A stretch of DNA of 64,000 nt, from the NCBI GenBank assembly GCA_029856155.1, contig JAHQWL010000081.1, forward strand, positions 7,812-71,811. Reading direction: 5' to 3'. The notes under the pieces were generated by a model. The model was not told the DNA's origin, did no database searches, and was given only the letters and a program-made list of their open reading frames with translations. The translations under genes and the position numbers were made by a program. Positions 20,369-30,900 of this stretch are shown piece by piece (within the stretch, counting starts at the first letter, position 1; the number at the start of each line of letters is the position of its first letter). Origin of the DNA: Promethearchaeia archaeon. GTDB taxonomy: Archaea; Asgardarchaeota; Lokiarchaeia; Sigyniarchaeales; SOKP01.

Positions 20369-21682
20369 TTGACAATGAGCAAAGATTTAATTTTTATATT
20401 TGAATTCGTTTCTGGTGGGGGATTTAGTCAAGTTAATATACCAACCTCCCTTTTTTGCGAAGGATTTGGGATGTTAAGATCGATAATTGCTGATTTTAAA
20501 GCTTTGGGGTTTGAGATTCATACACTATTGGATTTAAGAATTTTTTTCTTATCTAAATTCTTACAAGCTGATGTTATAAGAAAAGTAGATGAACATGAAA
20601 ATTATCTAAAAGCTTTTAAGAATTTAGTAAAAAATTGTAAATATATTTTTATCATTGCCCCAGAAACCTCAAAAATTCTTTATGAATTAACTAAACTCGT
20701 TAAAAATTCTAATAAAATCTTATTAAGTACAAATCTCCATGGAATTAAGAAGGGTACTTCAAAAATACTGACTTATAATTTTTTTAAAAAGAGTGGGATT
20801 TTTACTCCAAAAACTTACAGAATACCCTATATAAAGAAACAATTGGATAAAGAATTCATTCTTCAAAAGTTTAAGACATTAAAATGCCCCATTGTAATAA
20901 AACCCGAAGATGGATGTGGAGCGGAATCAATTCATTATTTTGAAAAAGAATCTCAAATATTGTATTTCCTTAGAAACTATAAGTTAAATTCCGATAAAAC
21001 CCGTCATTTTATCCTTCAAGAGTTTATTAAAGGAGAGGATTTAAGTATTTCACTGCTTGGTAATAAGAATCTAAATACGATTCCATTAGTTTTAAGTGTT
21101 AATTCACAGAATATTAATCTCAAGAATATCAAATCTGAGTATTTTGGTGGATATACACCTTTATTAAATCATAAGGAAATTACTAAACAATTATTTAATA
21201 TACTGAAGAAGATAAATCTCCTAAAAATCGAAGGACATTTTGGTATTGATTTTATACGGAAGCATGATCATTCATTCAGTTTTATAGAAATTAATCCTAG
21301 GTTAACTACATCATATATAGGATTAAGAAATATTATAAATATAAATTGTGCGGAATTGATTTTAAATTCTAGACTCAATAATCTAAATGATCCTGAAATA
21401 AATCTGCAAAGTCATTCTAATTACACCCGTCTTGATTTCTTATATGATAATTTTGAAAATGGGGAAGAATATTTAGAAGATTTAATACCTAAATTCATAA
21501 AATTGATACCTGAATTTGTGACACCTCCTATTTCACTTAATAACTCAAAATACTTCTCATGCTTTATTGCAACAAAGACAAAAGATTTACTTTCTTCGGA
21601 GATAAGAGTGAATGAGATAATTCAATCTATGAAAAATCTAAACTTCAATATTTCTATGCCAAGAAAAATAAAATTATCGTAA
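20369..21682 (+). CDS. ATP-grasp ligase (MfnD-like family)
   Basis: PIVIKPEDGCGAESIHYF, ILQEFIKGEDLSISL and FIEINPRLTTSYIGL follow the ATP-grasp pattern. Confidence 0.7.
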   Translation: MTMSKDLIFIFEFVSGGGFSQVNIPTSLFCEGFGMLRSIIADFKALGFEIHTLLDLRIFFLSKFLQADVIRKVDEHENYLKAFKNLVKNCKYIFIIAPETSKILYELTKLVKNSNKILLSTNLHGIKKGTSKILTYNFFKKSGIFTPKTYRIPYIKKQLDKEFILQKFKTLKCPIVIKPEDGCGAESIHYFEKESQILYFLRNYKLNSDKTRHFILQEFIKGEDLSISLLGNKNLNTIPLVLSVNSQNINLKNIKSEYFGGYTPLLNHKEITKQLFNILKKINLLKIEGHFGIDFIRKHDHSFSFIEINPRLTTSYIGLRNIININCAELILNSRLNNLNDPEINLQSHSNYTRLDFLYDNFENGEEYLEDLIPKFIKLIPEFVTPPISLNNSKYFSCFIATKTKDLLSSEIRVNEIIQSMKNLNFNISMPRKIKLS

Positions 21683-22546
21683 AACCACTATAATGAATTA
21701 ACAGCGAAACTATTAAACTACTTTCAATTTTTAATCCTTTTTTTACACATAAACTATAAGATAATATCCATAAAGCCCAAACTTGGAAAATTATTAATAG
21801 AACTTTATCAAATAAATTAAATATACTAATATTTAATAGATCAGACCATTTGAAAAGCAAATGAACTATAAGATAAAATATCATTGGAAGTTGAATAAAT
21901 GCAAAAGAAATTAAGAAGTTCAAGGTATTTTGATTATTTTTGTAAAACAGTCGAGATATTCCTTCTATTATAATAAAAAATATAAGCAAGTTTAGTATAA
22001 AGCTAAGATTAATTAAAATACGTAACAATAAATCTAAATTATAATATTCACTCTCTATAAAAAATAAAAAGAATGAATAGAAACCATTTAATCCACATAA
22101 AACTGTACCTATTGTTAGGATACCCAAAGAAATTATGATGGTGAATTTTTTATCTTTCTTTTCAAACTGGATAAATTTTTTTGATGAAATCCACGTCAAT
22201 TTGCGTAAAATAGGAGATTTAAACTCCCTATGAGTAAAATCAGGTGTTTTAATAGTATCTATGTTATTTTTTAAAGATTTGTATGCATAAATTCCTAATT
22301 CTTTCAAATAATATTTTTTATCTTGTTTTTGCTCCACTAATTCCGATAAGGTGTCTAAATGATGATAAATAGTTCCTGTACTTACTTTAAGTTCTTTTTT
22401 AAGGTAAGTAAAAGTGGTATATTCATTATCTCCAATGATTTTTATTATTCTTCTTCGAATTTCATGACCTAGAGCATAATAATAACTTGATTCGGCATCT
22501 TGACCCTCGAAGTCATCTTTAGTATTATTTGGTTTTCTAGGAATAG
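21654..22546 (-). CDS. ArsR-like wHTH fused to a multi-TM domain (no canonical start codon upstream of the HTH)
   Basis: The track ORF starts at GTG 22337, but the same frame is open up to the TAA at 22547-22549. That upstream stretch encodes ..YYYALGHEIRRRIIKIIGDNEYTTFTYLKKELKVSTGTIYHHLDTLSELVEQKQDKKYYL, a clear ArsR-type wHTH. There is no ATG/GTG/TTG between the stop and the HTH. Confidence 0.55.
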
Positions 22547-22969
22547 TTAATTACCTTCTGTCTGTTTTTGTAATGTTAATAGAACATTAATTATATTAAA
22601 AAGAACTAATAGAAATCCAGCAACTCCTAAATAGAATCCGATTCCAGAATTAGTGAAGTATTCAATTTCCTGGGAGATATAATCAACAAAAAATATCAAC
22701 ATAAAGCCTAAACCAACAAAAGTTAATATTACAGATTTTACTCTTAACTCTATTCGATAAATAATTAAAAAACTTGCGATTAAACAAACGATACCGCTAA
22801 GTAATGGAAATAAGAATAAAAAGGAATCTGCTAGCTCTACAGATGTGGTGATATAATAAATCTCTAATAAGTTATGATCAGAAAACCATGAAAAAAATTC
22901 AGATATTATTAATAGTATTGAACCAATTAAACCTATTATCAAAGTATTTATATATTTTTTAAGTTCCAT
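22547..22969 (-). CDS. 4-TM membrane protein
   Basis: 140 aa with four hydrophobic helices. Its TAA stop is in frame with the downstream wHTH-membrane ORF. Confidence 0.5.
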   Translation of the reverse strand: MELKKYINTLIIGLIGSILLIISEFFSWFSDHNLLEIYYITTSVELADSFLFLFPLLSGIVCLIASFLIIYRIELRVKSVILTFVGLGFMLIFFVDYISQEIEYFTNSGIGFYLGVAGFLLVLFNIINVLLTLQKQTEGN

Positions 22970-23105
22970 TACAAATCATATTAGTTTTTCCATTAAAATT
23001 AAAAAATTATAAAAATTCAAAAAGAATAATATTAAAATAAATTTCGAAAATATTAATTTATTTTAGATTTCAAAAACAAATAAATCACTAATGATTTGAG
23101 ATAAA

Positions 23106-24527
23106 ATGTCTTCCCCTTCTATACCAGAAATCGAAACTGAATCACCTCCCCTTTTTAATTATTTAATGCAAGAAATCCCTTTAGAAGATATAAGAGATTA
23201 TGCTTCCCCTAGACGGATTCAATCTATAGATTTTGTAAAAGGATTTGCTATTGTTTTTATAATATTAGCTCATACTGCAAGTGGTTGGCTCGAACCCGAT
23301 TCATTTTATGTATATGGGTTATTGTTTGCCTTATTAGATATTTTAGGACCCTCATTATTTGTATTCCTTTCAGCTCTAAGTGTAATATTCAGTATTAAGA
23401 GGAAGGAAGGTATTGTACATCCCAAAATTATTAGAAATCAAGTTTTTACCCGAGGAACTGTAATGATAATTATAGGGATGTTGACTAATATTTTGATTAT
23501 AGAGGGTGGCGAAGTAAAAATTGCTATATATGGTTGGAATATAATTACATTTATTGGGTTTTCTCAAATTTTTTCTTATTATATCTTAAAAATTAGGAAA
23601 TCATGGCGTATTATAATAGGAATAATCATAATTCTTCTCTCTCCTACGATAAGAGCTATACTCTATATAGGGAAAATTGAAGGAAATATATTCTTAGCCA
23701 TTTTGCATTATATAATTACATCTCCAACACCTCATTTGACATTACTTCCATGGATTTCAATTTCTTTTATTTCTACTATATTTGGTGAATATATTTATGA
23801 AGCAATGAATAAAGGCACGAAGAATGCTTATATTGGTCTATTTAGAATATTTGCTGTGTGGGGGATAATTTTTATTTTAATTGGAATTTTTGCTTTCTAT
23901 CCTGATAGTAAAAATTTTATCAATTGGAAACCTGGATGGGCTCTAGAATGGGTTTCAGAAACAGATCCCTTAGATTCCTCAATGATGGGTGGACTTTCAG
24001 AGTATCCTCATTTAAGAAATCTTTTGTATGCAAACCAACAAGATTTTTACTATCTTCCCGGAATGCCAAATTTTTTAATAAGAGGAACAAGTGCTAATAT
24101 GTTTTATAATCAAGGTGCAGCTTTGCTGATAATTTCAATTTTCTTCTACTTTATTGATATCAAGAAAAGATCTAATAATTTAACAAATATTTTAATATAT
24201 TTCGGTAAAGTATCTCTGAGTCTATTTCTCATTCATTTCTTCTTTATCCCTTTGTTTTTTAATCAATTTAATATCCCCTTCTTTCTTACCATTAGCCTCT
24301 CTTATATTGGATTTTTAGGTATTTTTATGTATATATGGATGGAATATGGGAAAGGTGTAGGTTCTCCTGAATGGTTAATGGTGCAATTTGGTAGAATAGG
24401 TCAAAAATCAGGTGAAGCTGTAAAGAAAACAACAAAAAAGATGTATGCAAAGATAAAAAAGCGTGAAAAAGTTAAAAAAATGGAAGATTTCATGAAAAAA
24501 TTGAGTGGAAACGATGATAATCCTTAA
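23106..24527 (+). CDS. DUF1624 / HGSNAT-like membrane acyltransferase family protein (paralogue A)
   Basis: RRIQSIDFVKGFAIVFIILAHT opens a polytopic protein, and the C-terminus carries GVGSPEWLM. It is clearly paralogous to 26005-27273. Confidence 0.6.
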   Translation: MSSPSIPEIETESPPLFNYLMQEIPLEDIRDYASPRRIQSIDFVKGFAIVFIILAHTASGWLEPDSFYVYGLLFALLDILGPSLFVFLSALSVIFSIKRKEGIVHPKIIRNQVFTRGTVMIIIGMLTNILIIEGGEVKIAIYGWNIITFIGFSQIFSYYILKIRKSWRIIIGIIIILLSPTIRAILYIGKIEGNIFLAILHYIITSPTPHLTLLPWISISFISTIFGEYIYEAMNKGTKNAYIGLFRIFAVWGIIFILIGIFAFYPDSKNFINWKPGWALEWVSETDPLDSSMMGGLSEYPHLRNLLYANQQDFYYLPGMPNFLIRGTSANMFYNQGAALLIISIFFYFIDIKKRSNNLTNILIYFGKVSLSLFLIHFFFIPLFFNQFNIPFFLTISLSYIGFLGIFMYIWMEYGKGVGSPEWLMVQFGRIGQKSGEAVKKTTKKMYAKIKKREKVKKMEDFMKKLSGNDDNP

Positions 24528-24541
24528 CGATAAGATTTCTA

Positions 24542-25834
24542 ATGTATAAAACTCGAATATTCTTTTTAATAGCTTTTATTGTCAACGGATTCTATTTAAT
24601 CTTAACCTTCATATTCTTTTATTTTTTAGATAGTCCTTTAATGAGTATAGATGAAAATGATTTTTTATCTTTTTATCATGCGGGTTGGAATGTGCTAGAA
24701 GACTTACCTAATTTGTATGACTCTTCGCTTTCTCCATTTCCATTTAGATATTTACCCATTTCTGCCTACTTTTTTACACCTTTTTCAATTTTAGGATTAG
24801 AACTAGGCTATTTTGTTTTTCAGATCTTCAATTTCTCTCTTAACATCTTAATAATTTATTTAATGTATAGAATCATTCAAATTTACAATAACTTAAGTAA
24901 TGATCCAAATTTTTACTTTAAATTAAACACTTTTAAGGATTCCTTTGATAAAACTGAAAATGCATCTGTTCTTCATCAATACGCTATTTTCCTAATTATG
25001 TTACCGCAATTTATGAATTATTTCTTGGGCCAAATTAACCTTATAGTTTTATTTTTGATTCTCTCTTCTCTAATTTTTTTTTTGAAAGGGGGCATTAAAA
25101 ATGATCTGATAGGAGGATTTTTAATAGGATTAGGTTTATCAATAAGACCAACTCTAATTTTAATTTTGCCATTTTTAATAGTCTTAAAGTACAATAGAGA
25201 AACTAAGAAATTTCTCTTTAATTTAAAAACAACTGTGATAAGATTCTTAGGACCTACAGTTTTATTATTGATCTCAGGAATCTACTTTTTAATATATCCG
25301 CAAATGTTTACAGATTTTATTGATGTAAATCTTACCGGAGAATATACCTATACTACTGAAGGAGGTATAGAAATTAATCCATCATTCAGTCTTACTAGAA
25401 TTGTTTTAATTTTCTTAGATTTGATCAGAGTGGATATTAATGGGTTTTTGATTTTTATAATTATCACTTTAATATTCTTAATACCAATTTATTATTTTTA
25501 TATTCAACACTCAGACCAACCTATAAAATTAATCTATGGATATTTATTAGGAATTTTAGTAATGTTAATTGTATATTTTGATTCTTGGCCTCATCATATT
25601 GTTGTTTTGACACCATTTTTAATTTTTTTTCTTCTCATCAATAAAAATTTCAAATACTATAAACTGTTCAAATATCTTCATTACTTAATAGCGATATTAA
25701 TGGTCATTTTTTGGGGGATTTATTATCTAACTTATCAATTTTTTCCTTTTAACGCGGGAGGATTAATATTATTGATGCTATTATACTACTGCTTAGTTAT
25801 GTATTATGTAAATCAAGTTAGAGAAAAACCATAA
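24542..25834 (+). CDS. GT-C fold membrane glycosyltransferase (DUF2029/GT87-like)
   Basis: 430 aa, polytopic. It has an early loop with an acidic/aromatic motif (DENDFLSFYHAGW) and GLGLSIRPTLILILPFLIV. The call rests on family pattern only. Confidence 0.5.
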   Translation: MYKTRIFFLIAFIVNGFYLILTFIFFYFLDSPLMSIDENDFLSFYHAGWNVLEDLPNLYDSSLSPFPFRYLPISAYFFTPFSILGLELGYFVFQIFNFSLNILIIYLMYRIIQIYNNLSNDPNFYFKLNTFKDSFDKTENASVLHQYAIFLIMLPQFMNYFLGQINLIVLFLILSSLIFFLKGGIKNDLIGGFLIGLGLSIRPTLILILPFLIVLKYNRETKKFLFNLKTTVIRFLGPTVLLLISGIYFLIYPQMFTDFIDVNLTGEYTYTTEGGIEINPSFSLTRIVLIFLDLIRVDINGFLIFIIITLIFLIPIYYFYIQHSDQPIKLIYGYLLGILVMLIVYFDSWPHHIVVLTPFLIFFLLINKNFKYYKLFKYLHYLIAILMVIFWGIYYLTYQFFPFNAGGLILLMLLYYCLVMYYVNQVREKP

Positions 25835-26004
25835 CAAATTCATACTAACCCTTTTAAAAAAAGGAGCTTTTCATGCTTACAGTGTCCCAACTATAATGAT
25901 AACAAAATTTTAATAGGTTAAATGTTCAATAATAATAATACCAAAATTTTTCTTAGGAAATTATCTTTTTCCTTAATTATTCGATAAATTGAGTAGGATC
26001 AAGA

Positions 26005-27273
26005 ATGTCGACAACAATAGAGGAAGAATTCAATACTGATATCAAAAAGGATACATCGAAACGTATTGCTTCAATAGATTACGTCAAAGGATTTGCTATA
26101 GTTTGGATTGTCTTAGCTCATGTAGGTCTCAGTTGGCTTGATCGTGATTGGAAGTATGTATATGGACTTGTTTTTGCATTTTTAGATGTTCTTGGGCCTT
26201 CATTATTCGTATTTCTTTCAGCACTCAGTGTCGTTTTCAGTTATAAAAGAAAACAAGGCAAAATGTCAGAAAAGTCAATTCGAAATGGGATTTTGACAAG
26301 AGGAGTCGTAATTATTGCTATAGGAGTGTTATTCAATCCAATTTCTTTATTAACTGAAGCTGAGGCGGTTCCTTTCCCTGCAAATTTATGGGGTTGGAAT
26401 ATACTTATGTTTATTGGATTCTCTCAGATTTTCTCTTATTATGCAATAAAATTTAACAAAAAATGGCGAGCTGTGATTGGTCTTATAATTATCTACTTCT
26501 CCCCTTGGATTCGAGACGTTCTATACGAGTATAAAGAAGCAGGAAACATATCCGTAAGTGTAATTCATTTTATTGTAACTTCTCCACTTCCTCAAGTACC
26601 AATTTTTCCATATTTAGCAGTGTGTTTTATGTCTACAATATTTGGTGAGTTTCTATACGACGCAATGATAAAAGGGACTAAAAAAGCTTATTATAAGTTA
26701 TTTCGAATATTTTCCATTTATGGGATTGTATTTGTATTATTGGGAATATTCTTAATTGTTCCAAGGGGAGTTGCTTTCAACATCTGGGAAACTGGGTTGG
26801 CACGATTAATTCCTGGAACTCAGGTATCTCCAGGAATTATTGTAAAATCAGAATATTTGCATATTGACTTATTGGCTATTGCTAATCAGCAAAATTATGC
26901 TCACTTTGACGGAATGCCAATTTTTATGGTTAGATGCACCGCTCACAATATGTTCTACAATCTTGGTGTTGCTTTTTTACTTATTGCAATATGTTTTTAT
27001 ATCCTTGATATAAAAAAGAAAATGAATGATGTCATAAGGTTAGTTCTATTTTACGGAAAAACAAGCCTCTCTCTCTTTCTAATTCAATATCTATTTCTCC
27101 CCTTATATACAGGCCAGTTCTCAATCATCTTTTTACTTGGTGTTTGGGTTGGTTATTGTGGCTTTCTAGGTTTACTTATGTATATTTGGTTGAAATATTT
27201 CGATGGTGTCGGCTCACCTGAATGGATTATGAGTAAAGTTGGGAATTTGGGGAAAAAAAAGAAAAAATCTTGA
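26005..27273 (+). CDS. DUF1624 / HGSNAT-like membrane acyltransferase family protein (paralogue B)
   Basis: KRIASIDYVKGFAIVWIVLAHV, LGPSLFVFLSALSVVFS, GWNILMFIGFSQIFSYY and GVGSPEWIM are collinear with paralogue A. Confidence 0.6.
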   Translation: MSTTIEEEFNTDIKKDTSKRIASIDYVKGFAIVWIVLAHVGLSWLDRDWKYVYGLVFAFLDVLGPSLFVFLSALSVVFSYKRKQGKMSEKSIRNGILTRGVVIIAIGVLFNPISLLTEAEAVPFPANLWGWNILMFIGFSQIFSYYAIKFNKKWRAVIGLIIIYFSPWIRDVLYEYKEAGNISVSVIHFIVTSPLPQVPIFPYLAVCFMSTIFGEFLYDAMIKGTKKAYYKLFRIFSIYGIVFVLLGIFLIVPRGVAFNIWETGLARLIPGTQVSPGIIVKSEYLHIDLLAIANQQNYAHFDGMPIFMVRCTAHNMFYNLGVAFLLIAICFYILDIKKKMNDVIRLVLFYGKTSLSLFLIQYLFLPLYTGQFSIIFLLGVWVGYCGFLGLLMYIWLKYFDGVGSPEWIMSKVGNLGKKKKKS

Positions 27274-27474
27274 AAAACATTTAATTAAAGGTACTTAAAA
27301 AATAATAAAGCTATATTATAAAGATATAAATATCTTTAAAAGATAATAAGAAATATTAAGAGATGAATTAATTATTATTATAATTAGTTCTAGTTAATTC
27401 AAATCATATTAATATTACAATATTGATTTTTAAAAAAATATAGTAAAAATTTATTTCGTACGAGGAAATTGAAG

Positions 27475-27996
27475 ATGAGTCCAGAAACTTCGTATAAATT
27501 CAAAATCACACTTTTTGGGCCAGGTGGGGTGGGTAAAACTTCCTTATTGTTACGCTACATAAAAGATTACTTCAGCGATGACTTAAAAAAGACAATTGGA
27601 AGCAATTTTTTAATTAAAGATGTGGAACTTGAAGGGAAATTAGTGCGTCTGCTTTTATGGGATATTGGGGGTCAGCCTCAATTTCATAAGTTAAGAACTA
27701 TATATTTTAAAGGGAGTAATGCAGCATTAGGTGTTTTTGATTTAGCTTCTAGTCAAACTCTCTTAAAAATTCCGGGGTGGATTAGCTCAATTAAAAAAAC
27801 GGTCAAAAAAACTATTCCTATGATTCTTTTAGGTAATAAGGCAGATTTAGAGAGAGAAATTGATAGAACTGAAGCTGAAGATACAGCTAAAAGACTTAAC
27901 TGTGACTATTTAGAGACATCAGCAAAAACGGGACAAAATGTAGAATTAGTGTTTGAAAAAATAGCAAGAGCTTGCTTAGAAGATATTAGTGTTTAA
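27475..27996 (+). CDS. Small GTPase, Rab/Ras-like
   Basis: G1 GPGGVGKTS, G2 T in KKTIG, G3 WDIGGQ, G4 GNKADL and G5 ETSAK give a full Ras-superfamily motif set in 173 aa. The track start is TTG at 27469; an ATG sits at 27475. Confidence 0.85.
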   Translation: MSPETSYKFKITLFGPGGVGKTSLLLRYIKDYFSDDLKKTIGSNFLIKDVELEGKLVRLLLWDIGGQPQFHKLRTIYFKGSNAALGVFDLASSQTLLKIPGWISSIKKTVKKTIPMILLGNKADLEREIDRTEAEDTAKRLNCDYLETSAKTGQNVELVFEKIARACLEDISV

Positions 27997-28019
27997 GAAC
28001 ATCAATATTTTTTCTTATT

Positions 28020-28637
28020 CTAAATAATTTTTAACTTCTTTAATTCTTTAATAAGTTCAACTAAGTTAGTATATTTTATACCAATAATACCTAGTTGCTT
28101 AGCAGAACGGATATTATTCAATCCATCATCTATGAAAATAATTTGTTCTGGTTTGCAAGCAGCTTTTTGTATAGCATATTTAAATATTTCAGGATCAGGT
28201 TTAATCAAATGAATCTCATGTGAAAGAATAAATTCATCAAAATAATCTAAAAAATCCCAATTTTTTTTTAATATGAAATTCCAATGGCTGGAATTTACAT
28301 TAGATAACGCAATTAGTTTAAACTTATCTCTATCTTTTATTTTTTTGATGATATCAATTACATCTAGATTGATATCAGATATTATACTATTAAATGCTTT
28401 AAAAAATTCAGATTGATCTAGCATACAAACTTGGAGTAAATCACATGCAAGTTGGTAAAATTCATCATCAGTCATATTTCCTTGATGATAGATATCAGAC
28501 TGTCTAAAAAATTCTAACATTATTGGTGTTTGGGGTCTATTGAGAGGAGACTGAGTTATAATCCTATTATAAAAGTGTGTGAAATCTAAGTCCACAACTA
28601 CTCCTCCTAAATCAAAAATAATTGCCTTAACTTTCAT
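28020..28637 (-). CDS. HAD-superfamily hydrolase
   Basis: IIFDLGGVVVD (motif I), LSN (motif II), and K..IFIDDGLNN (motifs III/IV). Confidence 0.75.
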   Translation of the reverse strand: MKVKAIIFDLGGVVVDLDFTHFYNRIITQSPLNRPQTPIMLEFFRQSDIYHQGNMTDDEFYQLACDLLQVCMLDQSEFFKAFNSIISDINLDVIDIIKKIKDRDKFKLIALSNVNSSHWNFILKKNWDFLDYFDEFILSHEIHLIKPDPEIFKYAIQKAACKPEQIIFIDDGLNNIRSAKQLGIIGIKYTNLVELIKELKKLKII

Positions 28638-28714
28638 AATGAAAAAAAAAGTAACTTTATGGTTTAAATAACAGATTAAATAAATATTTTATTTAATAGA
28701 AATTAAACGTATTT

Positions 28715-30775
28715 TTAGCGTCTAAAATAAATTTTGGTTGAAAATTTCCTAAAGGGTACTGGTAATTTATATTTTGGAAAATTTCTCGTATCATCTTCAA
28801 GCATTTCAAGCAATTTATCTAACTTTACATTATTAAATTGCTCAGATGTTTGCTTTTTTTGACCGAAAGGTTTATTTATCAATCTTCTTCTAATAGAAAT
28901 CGTTTTATTATCCTGTTCTTTTTTACCAATGATTATTGTATAAGGTATCCATTCAATTTCAGATTGTCTTATTTTTTTTCCTATAGTTTCTTCTCGATCG
29001 TCGAAATCTGTTCTGAATTCTTCGCTATTAAGAATTTTAAGTAATCTTTCAGCATATTCATTCTGTTCATCACTCACTGTTATTATTCGTACCTGTATTG
29101 GAGACAACCAAGTTTTAAACCCTGGAACGAGTCTATCTTTATTTCGAATAGCAGATTCGATTAAACCCCATAAAACTCTTTCTACAGCACCAGTTGGAGA
29201 ATTATGAAGAATAATAGGATGTTTCACTTGACCGTCAGTATCAATGAAAGATATATTGTATTTTTGTCTTTTAACTCCATCAGTATCAAACATATATTCC
29301 AAGGAACTCTCTACATCTATTTGATTAGTAGCTAATGTAGCACTCTTACCATGTGCTGAAAGAACATTTCTTTCAAATTTTAATATATAATAATAATATC
29401 TATCTTCCCATAATTCTAATAATGCGGGATATTGTTCTGATTTGATTAAATCGATGATCCAATGTTTGTTTTCTTTATAAAATTCCTGAGTAACTCTGAA
29501 GATAACATAAGTATTTATACCTAAATCTTTTTCAAGACTTTTGATTAATTTATATTGCTTTTTAAACTCATCAACAGAAGATTCAATATCTTTACACATC
29601 GTGTGCATATCTGGCATTATAAAACTTCGCAACCTCCTTAAACCGCTTAATTCACCTTCTAATTCACGTCTAAACGCATATTGTTCATATTCATAAACTC
29701 TTAAAGGAAAATAATGAGGTTTCAAATTCATTTGAGAAAATAAATCAAATAGAAGGAAATCACATGCATATCTTAAGAGATATCTATCACTTCCAGATTC
29801 AACCCAATAACTCCTTGCTGGAAACCGAGCAGTTTGCGCTGTTAGTTTCTTATTTTTAACAGTATACATAACAGGTGTATCAACAAGTATCGCCCCATAA
29901 TCTATTAATCTATCTTCTATATAATTTTTTATGAGGTTCTTCATAATGATTCCTTTTGTATACCATCTAAAGTTCCCTGCATCAGTGTTAGGATCAAAAT
30001 CTAATAATTCAAATTCTTTCATAACTTTTATATGAGCTGGTTCAAATGCTCTCTCCATTAATCTTGACCCTAATTCAGAATTCAGAAAAGTATGAAATTC
30101 TTTGTCTTTAATCTCCTTTGGTGGCAAAATCTTCTGGTCTTCATCAAAATTTAGATTAAGTTCTTTTCCTGATGTTGTGATTATTTTAAATACTGAGTTT
30201 TTAACCTGTTCCTCAGGTTTAATAGCTAGTTTAACATCTCTATACATCTCTGCTAATTCATGACCCAAACAGTTGATTTTAAATGATTTATACCAGCCAA
30301 AAGGGGAGAACTTTGACTCAATACCTCTCTCTTCTAACCTTTTTGCGATTTTAGGGCACACTTCCATAGCATTGTGTTCATTACTAAGAAATTTACTTAA
30401 ATGTGCCCATGGATAAACTAGAACTTTATCAACATGATACTTATCGCGATCTTTAATAAGCTCTAAAATCTTCCTTGGCTTTCCCTTTATTTCGCCATTC
30501 TCAATCCTTTTATTATACTCTCTTATTTCTTCATTTTTTTGTCTTAACTTATCTGGAAATCCGGTAATTTGTAATATTGCAGCCTCAATTTCCTCAGCTC
30601 CCTGTTTAGCAATTAAATCTGTATCATAAGTATCTTGATCTTCAACGGAGACAAAACAAACAAGAATTAAACCCTCCATTTTTATAATGTCCTCTGTAAA
30701 TTCTTGGGGGTTACTCGTTGCTTCTTTATTTTTAATAACTTCCACATCTTGAGAGTGAATTAATAAGATTTTCAT
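28715..30775 (-). CDS. thrS: Threonyl-tRNA synthetase, archaeal type with N-terminal editing domain
   Basis: MKILLIHS.. matches the archaeal ThrRS editing-domain start. The class II core (FRRELEGELSGLRRLRSF, HNSPTGAVERV) and a C-terminal anticodon-binding domain follow. I prefer ATG 30775 over the track start at 30868. Confidence 0.9.
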   Translation of the reverse strand: MKILLIHSQDVEVIKNKEATSNPQEFTEDIIKMEGLILVCFVSVEDQDTYDTDLIAKQGAEEIEAAILQITGFPDKLRQKNEEIREYNKRIENGEIKGKPRKILELIKDRDKYHVDKVLVYPWAHLSKFLSNEHNAMEVCPKIAKRLEERGIESKFSPFGWYKSFKINCLGHELAEMYRDVKLAIKPEEQVKNSVFKIITTSGKELNLNFDEDQKILPPKEIKDKEFHTFLNSELGSRLMERAFEPAHIKVMKEFELLDFDPNTDAGNFRWYTKGIIMKNLIKNYIEDRLIDYGAILVDTPVMYTVKNKKLTAQTARFPARSYWVESGSDRYLLRYACDFLLFDLFSQMNLKPHYFPLRVYEYEQYAFRRELEGELSGLRRLRSFIMPDMHTMCKDIESSVDEFKKQYKLIKSLEKDLGINTYVIFRVTQEFYKENKHWIIDLIKSEQYPALLELWEDRYYYYILKFERNVLSAHGKSATLATNQIDVESSLEYMFDTDGVKRQKYNISFIDTDGQVKHPIILHNSPTGAVERVLWGLIESAIRNKDRLVPGFKTWLSPIQVRIITVSDEQNEYAERLLKILNSEEFRTDFDDREETIGKKIRQSEIEWIPYTIIIGKKEQDNKTISIRRRLINKPFGQKKQTSEQFNNVKLDKLLEMLEDDTRNFPKYKLPVPFRKFSTKIYFRR

Positions 30776-30900
30776 GATGAATCCTTTTTTTAGTCTTGTA
30801 ACCAATAGAATATAATAAATTCTAAATATTTCTTTTACTTTTGATAAATAATTATATTCAAAATTCAAATTAATTGTTATTGAAATTAATTTCTATTATA

